The notes under the pieces: model-generated
What the model was told of the DNA's origin: nothing
The model's input: only the letters and a program-made list of their open reading frames with translations
Databases searched by the model: none
Translations under genes and position numbers: made by a program
Assembly (NCBI RefSeq): GCF_024521635.1
Contig: NW_026250404.1
Span: 2,294,001-2,358,000 of the forward strand
DNA from: Tricharina praecox
Taxonomy: Eukaryota
Direction of reading: 5' to 3'
DNA: 64,000 nt
Part shown: piece by piece, positions 1 through 10,241 of the stretch
How positions within the stretch are numbered: the stretch's first letter is position 1
Layout of the letters: every line of letters starts with the position of its first letter

Positions 1-203
1 TACACAGACAGAGACACTATTCACCAAAAGCGCTGCCAATCACCATCCTCACATCACATCAACGCCTGCCAGCGATAGTCGTAGTCGTATCCATATCCAT
101 ATCCGTAGCCGTAAGGATATCCGTAGGGATATCCATAAGCGTAGCCGTAGTGATAGGGATAGTAGCGGTAATCAACAGCCAGCAATTGTGGGGGTGCGTT
201 CTC

Positions 204-3200
204 CTAAGCGGCACCCTGATGCATCATTCCGGCGGCGCCACCACCGCCAATACCACCAATGAAGCCACCCAGGCGCGTGCGCAGCTCGCGCTCGTTCTCG
301 TCCTCGCCCTGCTGCGAGTGTGCGTGCGCGTGCATAGCGGTGGAGTGCGCGATCGCCTCGCCCGCCATCTTTTGCAGCTCCTCGTCCATGCCCTGGCCCA
401 TCAGCTCGGGGTCGACCATGGCGTTGCTAGCGGCAGCGGCGGCGGCGTTGACGGCGTTGTTGTGGCTGGGAGTGGGTGCTGGCGGCTGCACGGAGAGCTG
501 CGCGGCCATCGGGATTGGGCCCATGCTCGCGATGGGCGCGATGGGCAGCGACGGGTCCGGCGTGAGCGTGTACAGGTGGTGCACGAATTCCTGGGGTGGC
601 GGGTGTTGTTGTTGTTGTTGTTGTTGGGGCTGCTGGGCGTGGGGCGCGGCGGGGGAGTGCGTGCTGATGGTGTTGTGCGAGGCGATTGAGGCGGCGTCGA
701 TCGGCTGGCCGTCGGCGTTTTGGCTCGGGATGAAACGTATGCTGCGTTGCTCGACCGTGTACTTCTCTTGGATCTCTATGAGGAGCTGCTTTATGATCTC
801 GCGGAGCGGGCGCCGCTTGTGCGGTATGTGCTTGCGGAACTCTTTGTAGGCGCTCTTGAGATCCTTGTGGGTCCTGGTGACGGGTCAGTATGTGTCGTGC
901 TGGGTGATGCGCGGAGAACTTACCAGATTCCAACGTCCTTATCGTTTTTGGCGAACTGGTCCCACGGTATCTCATTCTCCTGGGTAGCACCGCAGTCACG
1001 AATCCTGTTCATCGGCATTAGTGTCGGCCTCCAACGTCGACCGGGGCGATTACGAAAGGACTCACAAGAAAAGTAGCCACTGCTCATCACCAGGCAGCAT
1101 ATCCTTGATGTCGAAACTGATACGCTTCTTCTTTCCGCCCACATACGTAACTCCAATCGGGGCCTGCTTGACCTTCTCCTTCTGGGCCAACATCTTCTTC
1201 CACTTGTATCGGCACTGAATCCGCGACCGTCTATTCTCCATCTGCTCCGAAACCGTGGTCCAGTTGATGAGGATGTTGTCTTCCTCTTCTGGCGCAGGAT
1301 TCGGCTTGCCCTGCTGGAGGATAAGCTGTCTGTTCTGCTCCTTGTGCTCCCGAACCGTCCTCTTGAGCAACTCCTCCTCCTCTTCGGTCCAACGATCGGT
1401 TCCACGACTATCGCCACATTTGACGTAGTTGCGGTAACGGTCACGACAGTCTTCGCCCATCCTCCCCATAGCTTCTCCTATGTCCTTCCACTTGTTGCCC
1501 TTGGACTTGACCAGTTCCGCCAATTCCGCATCCTCCTCGGCAGTCCACTTGGCGCGCTGCTGGAAGATGTGGCAGGATCGTCGAACATGCTTGTAGACAG
1601 AGGCGCGACTGCGGTTCGGAACAGCACTGCAGATGGAATCCCAGAACTCATCTTTGCGGCGGTTATTACCCCACACGCGATCCTTGAGCTCCTCCATCGT
1701 CATGCTCTGAACCCGGCAATAGTCTTGAAGAGCCTTATCGATGGCGAAGCGCTCATCGAGTGAAAAAGTGCCTCCGTTAATGGACTCACCCATGCCAGAG
1801 ACTGGCGTGGTTCCCCAACTCATCTTCTGTTCGCGGCGGACTACGGACTGCTGCTGCTTCCCTTCGGATTCGTCGATGGGGATCTCTTCTGCTTCGGGAA
1901 TATTCGGATTCGGTACGCGGCGGCGCTTCTTGGACTTCATGCTCTGATCTCCCCCAACTTCTCCGGCGATCTGAGCTGCGGCTTCGTCGAGCTGCATTAG
2001 CTGCGGATCGACCAGTCCGTTCATGGGCATGTTTTCGTTATCATTGGTGATCGCGTTGGAAACATCACCCTGGCGCTTGCGCTTCCCCCGAGCCGGCTTC
2101 TGGTTGATAGGGATAGGACCGCCCAGCATCTGGTGATGATGGTCACCCTCGCTGTTCTGGTTCACAGCTGTAAAGCCTTCAGCTCCTAGAATAGGCGGGT
2201 GGATGCTCTGCAACTCGGTCATGAGTCGCTGTTCGACCACCATCATATCCTCCTCCTCAGCCTCTGGTGGTGGTGGTGGTGGAAGCTTCGCCATGTGGGC
2301 AGCCAAATGCTCCGTGAGGATCCGCTGGTCCGGAATGTCCGGCTGGGGTAGTCCAGTCTGGTCCACGGTTGCAGTAGCTGCGGTTGCATTTTCGTTGAGA
2401 CTTATAATCGGAGGATCAGAAGAAGGTAGTATGCCGGCTGCAGCAACCATGGAATTGGTGAAGGCGTCGGTCAGGTCGTGGTCAGCACTCGAGCTCTCAT
2501 CCAGAGAGAGTAACGACTGATTCGCTTGATCCTCCTCCGTCACCTCCTCGACCGTGGCCTTCTTCGATCTTGTCTTTCTCTTGGCCTTTCCCTTCTTCGT
2601 TGGAGTCACCGAGTCGACCGCCGTTGGCGCATCCTCGTCGTCGTCCACGACGGCGTGCTCGTTTTCGACACCTCCGGATCCCAATCCTCCCTTATTCAAT
2701 GCTAGAAGCGCCTGCGCACTCTCCTCCTCCTGGCTGGTCTGTCGCTGTTTCTTCTTCCGTCGTTTCTTCCCTTTCTCTGTGACTTCCGTCGCCGCTGCGG
2801 GGAGCTCCACTTCCATCTGCGTTGGTGGGATAGTCGGACTAGCCGCAACCACCACTGCAGCCGTCTCCTCCGCTCTCGCCATCCTAGCCTTCAACGCCGC
2901 CGCAGCCGCAGCAACCGCCGAAGCGACCGACATCTCCTGTGGAGGCTGGGAAACAATCGGCAGGGCTGGCGAAGACACTTGAAGTTCCTCCCTAGGCATG
3001 CTCTTATTCCCCCTAGCCTTCCTCGACACCGCCGGAGGAGGAGGGGAAGGAGGGGGAGGCTCAGACGCAGCGGCAGCATTGGATGCGAGCAACTGTTCGG
3101 CCGCCGCAGCATAATGTATAACCTCCAGCTCATCGACGACTAGTCCTGCAGGTACATGATCGTGATCTTCGTCACCTCTTACACTGTCCTCCCGCTCCCC

Positions 3201-3326
3201 CCCAACGTCCTCCTCCTCCTCCTCCTCTTCTTCCTCTTCCCCGTTATACTCATGCTCGGATTCCCGCGACTCGTTATTGCCCATATCAGAGACAAACTGG
3301 CCCAGGGACGCGACGTCGCCGTCCAT
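204..3326 (-). CDS. Myb/SANT-repeat DNA-binding protein, Reb1/Nsi1/TTF1/DMTF1-like (~1003 aa, 3 exons: 3326-1066, 1004-924, 873-204)
   Basis: Myb repeats with spaced Trp (KWTAEEDAELAELVKSKGNKWKDIGEAMGRMGEDCRDRYRNY; RWTEEEEELL...INWTTVSEQMENRRSRIQCRYKW). These follow FWDSICSAVPNRSRASVYKHVRR and a long acidic N-terminus. GTGAG/GTAAG donors and CAG acceptors join to an in-frame TAG at 204-206. The start ATG at 3326 is inferred. Confidence 0.85.
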
Positions 3327-3976
3327 TCGGCACTCGCTTATAAATTTCTCTGGAGTCTGTCGCACGAAAAGTGAGCGCGAGCGTGTGGCTTTTGTCTTTT
3401 TTCGTCCGTGAAAGGCGGGTAACCGAATTTCCGGCGTTGTCGATTTTTTTTTTATGACCGCGCCGGGGGGGTGGGCGGGGGTGTGTGATGGTAGGGTAGG
3501 TGGAGGTGTTGGGTTGTTTCTCGACGGGGCGCGCGGGTGTGAAGTGGAGGGTAATGATGAAGACGTGATGACACGGCGATGGAAAGAGTGGGTTTGTGCG
3601 GTGTGGAGAAAAAACCGTCGTCGGCTGAATGCCAAGACGCCTAGAGCGGGCTAGAATGCACGCTAGACATCACAGATTATCACTCTGATTATCGGGTATC
3701 GATGCCGATGTCATTGATTCTGATTCATCACCGGCCGTTTAGTCATCTATTCTGGTCGCTATAGTTACTCGCGAAGGTACACGAAAAGCCCTTAGAAATA
3801 AACAAAAGCCCTTAATAGTTAACTCCATAATACCAATCCAACTCACAGCAATAATACCATCCATCCGCATGCCAATAACTCCCGCAATCCACATATAACC
3901 ATATAATCAACGCTCATAAAACGAAAAAGAAGAAATATCAAGGGTCAGAGTTTAACCGCAAAATCAAAATGCCCCT

Positions 3977-6451
3977 CTAATGCGAAATGTACTGGAAAAC
4001 AGCACTGACAATGTCCTGCCCGCTCTCCTGCCGCAACAGCAGATCCTGAATGTTACCCAGTCCCCCTCCCTTCTTGTTCGTAAAATGATTCCAAGTACTA
4101 GTATCACCGTATAGGATAGCAGGCGCGCGGATGATCTGTTTCCCATCTTTGCAGCGCTTACACTTGAAGGTATCATGCGTATCGCTGTTGGTTTCCGGTA
4201 CGTACTCAAACAACTTCCTCAAGTCCTCTCCGTTGAAATGGCGCTCGACATCTTCGGCCGAGTCCACGACGCAAGAGGAAAGCGACTGCTTGTGCGATTG
4301 ACGCTGGAAGATCTTCTCTTCGATCGAGCCGGTGGTGATGAATCGGTAGACGAAGCAGTCCTTCTTCTGCCCGTCACGCCAGACACGAGCTAGAGCTTGC
4401 TGATCGGCGGCGGGATTCCAGTCGGGATCGAAGAGGACCAGTCGGTTGGCGCCGATGAGATTGAGACCGCAGCCTCCGGCCTTGGAGGACAGAAGGAAAA
4501 TGAACTCGGATCCCTCGGGATCGTTGAATTTGTCGACGAGCTTCTGACGCTTGTTGACATTCATCGTTCCGTCAAGGCGTAGATTGCCGTAGCCCCTCGA
4601 TCTGCACAGCTTCTCGAACACATCCAGGGTCTGCGTGAAATTGCTGATCAGGACGATCTTGTCGTTCGTGTCCTGACGGATGCGGGCCAACATGCGATCG
4701 AGGACCTGCATCTTGCCGGAATACCAGGTATTGACCTCACGGTTTCGACTGCCTCTGGCATCCTTGGGAACAAAATCCTCGGGGAAGAATTGCTCACAAC
4801 CTGGGAGGTCGTCGGGAAGGTTGAGGAGATCCGGGTGATTGCAGAGTTTCTTGAGCATACCGATGGCTTTGAGCGGCTGCGAGCCCTTCCCTCGAAGGAG
4901 AGACTTGATTTCGGGCGAGGAGATGAAATAGCGATACAGAGCATCCTGGAACGGAGCAGGCTTGCAAAAGACAACGTGCTCGTACTTCACCGGAAGATAT
5001 TTCGAAAGGATGTCGTTCGTCCGTCGGATGATGAACTTGTTGACTATGCCAAGAAGTTCCTTCAGACAGGTGTCACCCTTTTCGCGGTCCTGGCTTGATC
5101 CCAGCGAATCGCGACCCTTGAGAATGGGATTCTCATACTTCTTGCGGAAATCCAGTCTGGTACCGAGTAGACCAGGATTTGCAAAACTGAGAAGCGAGAA
5201 GTACTCGGTGAGGTCGTTCTGAATAGGTGTTCCGGACAGGATAACCCTTCTATCAACTTTCAGCTCGTTCAGAGCCTGGTAGGTTTGGGATTCGGCGTTC
5301 TTGAGGCGATGACCCTCATCGCAGAGTAGAAGCCCGATGTGCACATCCCTCAGCTCCTCCGAGTATAGCCGCAACGTTTCGTAGGAGACAATGATCACTG
5401 GTCTGATCACACTCCTGCCCGACGAGATGGCCCACTGTTTGAGCTGAGAAGTGAGTTCCGCCTTCGTAGCTTTGCCGTCGATGGCGAAAGGGATTATCGC
5501 GTCCTTGCCCAACCATTTCACCAACTCGTTGGCCCAATTGCGAACGAGTGACGAAGGACAAGCAATGACACATTTCTGAATGGTAGATTTCCCGGGTTCC
5601 GGTGACTGCTTGAGCAGTGTCCACATGAGGGCAATGCATTGAAGCTATCATCGAGTCAATCAGCTACAGCTCAAGCTAATGATGCCCATGCAAGCGCGGG
5701 GGGAGGGGGGGCTTACTGTTTTTCCGAGACCCATCTCGTCAGCCATGATGCACCCTTTAGCATCACTATCCACGAGACCTGTCGTACACCTATAGAGGAA
5801 TTTGACACCCTCGATCTGATGTGGCCGCAAGACCTTCGCCAGCCTGGGATCGATAACCACCGGCACCTTTGGCACCTCCTTTTCCTTCGCCTGATCCAGG
5901 CCCAAAATCTCCTTCAAGCTCCTGTGAACCTTACTGATGGGCTTGACCTCCAGCTTCGGCGCCTCACCATCCTGCTCGATGATCTCGATCTTCTTATCGT
6001 CGACAGTCGGATCGTACAGGACGATGGCGAACTCGCCACTGGGATCATGGAGCGGCCGCGCAATGAAGTTAACACTCTTACGCATACCCAGGGCCGGCGC
6101 AGGGCGATGCGGATTGTATCCACCAGCATTCTTGTCCGCGAGGGGAACGGCAAACCGGGCCCGGAACACCGTATCCTTATCCTTGGGCTTGAACACGGGA
6201 AACGCCTTGTTCACCTGGAGATTGCCAAAGACCTCGCGGTCCTCGCCGTCGCCGTCCGGCTTGAAGCCGCCATCATCGTCGCAGTCGTCCGCGTCCGCGT
6301 CTTTGTACGATACTTTGCGGCGTTTACGCGGTGGGAGGACCGTTTTGCGTATGGGCGCGGCGGAGCCGGGGCACTTGAAGGGTGTGGAGAGACGCGCGAG
6401 AGGGTCGGATTTCTTGGGAGTGGGAGTTGCAGTGCCACGGGGGCGAATCAT
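3977..6451 (-). CDS. RAD54: DNA repair and recombination protein Rad54, Snf2-family translocase (~800 aa, 2 exons: 6451-5717, 5644-3977)
   Basis: Rad54 N-terminal motif (ARPLHDPSGEFAIVLYDPTVD...VPVVIDPRLAKVLRPHQIEGVKFLY). Helicase motifs ADEMGLGKT, DEGH, LSGTPIQNDL, LLSSKAGGCGLNLIGANRL and DQQALARVWRDGQKK. A GTAAG...TAG intron follows GKT. Confidence 0.96.
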
Positions 6452-6562
6452 CGGGGTGATTTGTGTTGATATAAAAAATGGGAAATTGGTGAGCTTGAAG
6501 CGGGGAATAATGTTGTGGACGTGAGGAAGATAGAGCAAATGGAAGCATGAGGGGTGACTCAG

Positions 6563-6568
6563 ACGCGT
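6563..6568. promoter_or_regulatory. MCB-like element (ACGCGT) upstream of RAD54
   Basis: Exact ACGCGT ~110 bp upstream of the inferred RAD54 ATG. MBF binds ACGCGT at fungal G1/S and DNA repair genes. A hexamer alone is weak evidence. Confidence 0.45.
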
Positions 6569-6698
6569 AGTCACGTGTGTGGCAACTCTGGCCCGGTTGG
6601 ATTTATCATCCTTCGCACGGACAATTGGCCACATTCTGGGCTGTCAAGACCTACCTAGTATGGATTTAGAGTTGGTTTGATAATCTACATAACCGATG

Positions 6699-8072
6699 GA
6701 CCACCTCGGTTTCATCCCGAGACTATCACAAAATGTCACTCGACAGAACCCGATGTTCGCAAATACCTTCCATAAGTACTGTCGCCGGTCGAGTGATCTG
6801 TTACTTGATACTGATTGGCCAAAGAACGGCGGTTCCAGATGAGGGGTTTTAACCCCCATTCGCCACGTCATGCACAGAAGAACGCGAACATCGACTTCTA
6901 CCAACATCTACCGCGAACGAGATCACACTTTTCGACCGGGCAGTTACCCTTCATCGCGCATTCTTTAAGCCTCACTGAGCGCACATCCTATATCCCGTCG
7001 CCAATGGCAAAAATGTTGCGGGAAATTGACCAGGGCGCCAGTAAAGTCGGCAGGCTGATCGCCGCGAACCCTCTTGTCATCAGCAGCGCCATCAGCGGCG
7101 CCACCATCGCGCTTTATCCCGATCTCACTCTCGGGACTCTCCTCGAGCCGCTCGGATTCACGGCCGATGGCGTAGTTGCAGGTAACCCACACGTCTACCT
7201 ACCCCACTCCAACCACACCGCTGACAGCGGGCGGGGCGGCGGGTACAGGCAGTCTTGCCGCGTCGGCGCAATTGGCGCTCGGAAATGTAGGCGCTGGCAG
7301 GATTTTCGATTTCTGCCAGAGTATCGCCAGCGGGGGGATCGAGACATCGACGGTTGCGGCGGCCACGGGTGCTGCGGTCGCCACTGCGTTCCGGATGGTG
7401 GCTGCTATGAGGAAGGAGGCCGCCAACAAGGAGGAGGAGGAGGAGGAGGAGCCTGCCCACGACTACGAGGAGGAGTTTCGCAGCGAGCGCTCGTCCAGCC
7501 CGCCTCCTCCTCCTGCTGCTGCTTCTAGAACGGATGGGCGCGGAGGATGGGGCCCGGGTGGACACAGCCCCATATTCATAGATCACAGCAAAGTGTGCTG
7601 GCTGTGTCGTCTGAAGTGGGGACCCGAGTGTCCAGATCTACCAAAAACCACCTGGGCCTGCGAACGGTGTGACACACCGTTATGTCTCAGCGGTGAGCGC
7701 AACTGTTTTCGGGAATTCCACGACCACTAGGGAGATGATATTGGTGGCTGGAGGAGGGGGGGCTGCTCAGGAGGCGATGAAGTCGAGCACTGTTTGCTGG
7801 AGAATGTTTGTGTGAGGGTTTGTATGTACTGCAGAGCATTCCTTGGTTGCGTTGCGGGTTTTATGAATGAATTGCATTTGCTTTCTGCTTGTTCTCCTGT
7901 TTATATGTACACCGTATATTGGAAATTATTGATGATGGTCCGACTCAGAGAACAGGTCAAATCTCAGAATGCTGCAGCTTGGGCCTTTGATCCTTTCTCT
8001 ATCTTCTTCGATTTGGCTTTCGGTTTGGTTTTGTTATTGTTTCTGTCATTATTTTTTTAGACATTCGGCAGT
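6699..8072 (+). repeat. Copy 1 of a ~1.4 kb dispersed inverted duplication (partner ~38653-40123)
   Basis: Aligns by eye with the reverse complement of 38653-40123, from 'gaccacctcggtttcatcccgagactatcacaaaatgtca' to 'tcttcttcgatttgg...attcggcagt'. The match covers the promoter, both exons, the intron and the 3' region. Boundaries are approximate. Confidence 0.92.
7004..7730 (+). CDS. Chimeric protein: IFI6/IFI27(ISG12)-like domain + acidic/Pro linker + piggyBac-type Cys-rich zinc finger (219 aa, exons 7004-7181, 7249-7730)
   Basis: Intron GTAACC...GCTGAC...CAG (7182-7248). Splicing gives LGFTADGVVAGSLAASAQLALGNVGAGRIFDFCQSIASGG. The C-terminus reads CWLC..TTWACERCDTPLC..RNCFREFH. The paralogous copy has the same exon structure. 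Confidence 0.8.
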
Positions 8073-8474
8073 CGACTGCCGTCCGTCCAGTCCTGCTACC
8101 AGCCGCGCAAACTGCCCAGTCCAGTCCAAGCCTTAAGACTGACTACAATTCCAGTCCGAAAAATGTCGAAAAATAGACTGGACTGGACTGCCTATCGGAG
8201 GCATTGCTGGAGACAAATTGGCCATTCCACAATCATGAAATGCCAGCAAATCCTCAGTAAAATTACTTCGATGATAGTAGGTACTACAATATTCCGAGGC
8301 GTATTCTTTTTCTCCCTCAATTTCTGTCATGTTACATTGTCTTCGTTGCAAGATGTACCATCTTTTCTGCAGCATTTCTGTGGCTGGTGAGAGCATCGCG
8401 TACTGTAAAGTTAAGGGCTCGGCTAACTTTTTAGCTCCACGGCGGGCATTCTGTACCTTCGCGCTAATGATTGT

Positions 8475-8480
8475 ACGCGT
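8475..8480. promoter_or_regulatory. MCB-like element (ACGCGT) upstream of CMR1
   Basis: Exact ACGCGT ~175 bp upstream of the ATG, with nearby GCGCGT and TCGCG variants. Confidence 0.45.
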
Positions 8481-8655
8481 GCTTTACAGTACTTTATGTG
8501 TGGCGCGTATGTAGATCGCGTTCTCTCATCTAACGTTAACACGATCCGTCGGAGCTTTGTCACGTCATCTACAAAATACCATCACTCACTAGCCAACTAC
8601 CACCGTATACTCCCAGAGCACTCCCAGAGCAATCCCCACTCCAACATCACCAACA

Positions 8656-10241
8656 ATGGATGAAGAACCGTCTGAATACGAGCTTCGACGCCTCGAGAAC
8701 ATCCGTCAGAACCAAGAGCTTCTGAAGTCGCTCGAACTCGACACAATCGGCGCGACATTTCGCAAGGCCGCAGAGAGCACCCCCTCTAAAGCTCGAGCGC
8801 CGCGCACAAAAAGGGAAAAGAAGTCTAAAGACGAGCCGCGTGTGCCGCTTCGGACTTCGTCGAGGCTTGCTGGAATTCCTGCTAATCTTGACGACGACGC
8901 CGGAGGGAAGAGGAAGGCCGAGGGTTGGAGCTACGAGAAGGTCGCGGAGGCTGAGAAGGCGAAGCGCCAGAGGGTCGCGGGCGATTTGAGCTTTGAGATT
9001 AAGAGGGGACTGTTTGCGGGCAAGAGCTGGGATACGGAGACGTTCACGAAGGAGGATGTCGACAAGACGGCAGATGGCGGGTTAAAAGAGGTCAGGAAGA
9101 AGATGATGGGATTGAAGCTGTGGGAGAAGTTTGAGCCGAACGGTTTGTCTCGTCCATCCGGTGTTCCATGAAACATGCTAACCGTGCAGAGCTCAAAATC
9201 ACCCCGGAGCGAATCTACTACCTCGAATTTCATCCCAGCCCAGATAAACCGCTCGTTTTCGCGGCCGATAAGACTGGCAACTTCGGAATCCTCAATGCCA
9301 CAGATGAAGGCGATGTGCCGGATATCACTCAGTTCAAACCGCATGCTCGTACAATCACCAATTTCTTCGTATCACCCTCGGCGCCGGAGACGCTATACAC
9401 AGCCTCCTACGACTGCTCGATCCGCCAGCTGGATCTCAACTCGGGCAAGAGCGTTGAGATCTACGTGCATCCCGACGAGGTGGAGTTCTCCGCTATCAAT
9501 GCGCTGGATGAGGGCTGCCAGACGTTGCTGTTCGCGACGCTGGACGGCACAGTCGGCCGCATCGATACTCGCGCCAAGATGCCGGCGGATACCTGGGAGT
9601 GCTCCGAGAAGAAAATCGGCGGATGCCATGTATTCCCCAAGGATATGAACTACTTTTCTACTGCGTCGCTCGACCGCACGGTGAAAATCTGGGATATCCG
9701 CGCAATGGACCGTCCGGTGGCTCAGCACGGCTCGCGACTCTCGGTCTCCTCGGCTATGTGGAGTCCCACGGGCAAACTCGCAACCACTAGTTACGACGAC
9801 ACGGTCAAGATTTACAACCCGACCCTCCCGTTCAAGACCAGCGTCAAGACCGAAAACGTCAAGACCAAGAGTGTCAAGATCAAGAACGAAATCAAGAACG
9901 AGGATGAGGATGTCACCTTCCAGCAAATCAAGACCGAGGAAGGGGACGGCGCCACGATCCAGGAAATGCAGCCCGAGCATGTCATCCGCCACAACAACCA
10001 GACGGGCCGGTGGGTGACGATTCTCAAGGCGAACTGGCAGGACAAGCCCGACGACGGCGTGCAGAAGCTAGTCATCGCCAACATGAACAGGGGCATCGAC
10101 GTCTACGGCGAGGACGGCGTGCAGCTGGCTCATCTGTCGGACGACCGCATCACCGCTGTCCCTTCGGCCGCAAAGATGCACCCGAGTCGTCCGTGGGTTG
10201 CGGGTGGCACTGCGAGTGGCAAGATCGTGCTCTACATGTAG
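8656..10241 (+). CDS. CMR1: DNA damage-binding WD40 protein Cmr1/WDR76 (512 aa, exons 8656-9142, 9190-10241)
   Basis: N-terminal SEYELRRLENIRQNQELLKSL and RTSSRLAG. After the intron: KITPERIY, WD repeats (TASYD, TASLDRTVKIWD, TTSYDDTVKIY) and the family motif IRHNNQTGRWVT...AGGTASGKI. Confidence 0.9.

Noticed and set aside
3327..3635. N-terminal extension of the Myb ORF in the ORF track
   Set aside because: Begins at a non-ATG codon and looks like 5' UTR. The first ATG is at 3326.
7004..7730. Autonomous piggyBac transposon
   Set aside because: No DDD transposase core, and no paired TIRs or TTAA duplications found at the duplication boundaries.
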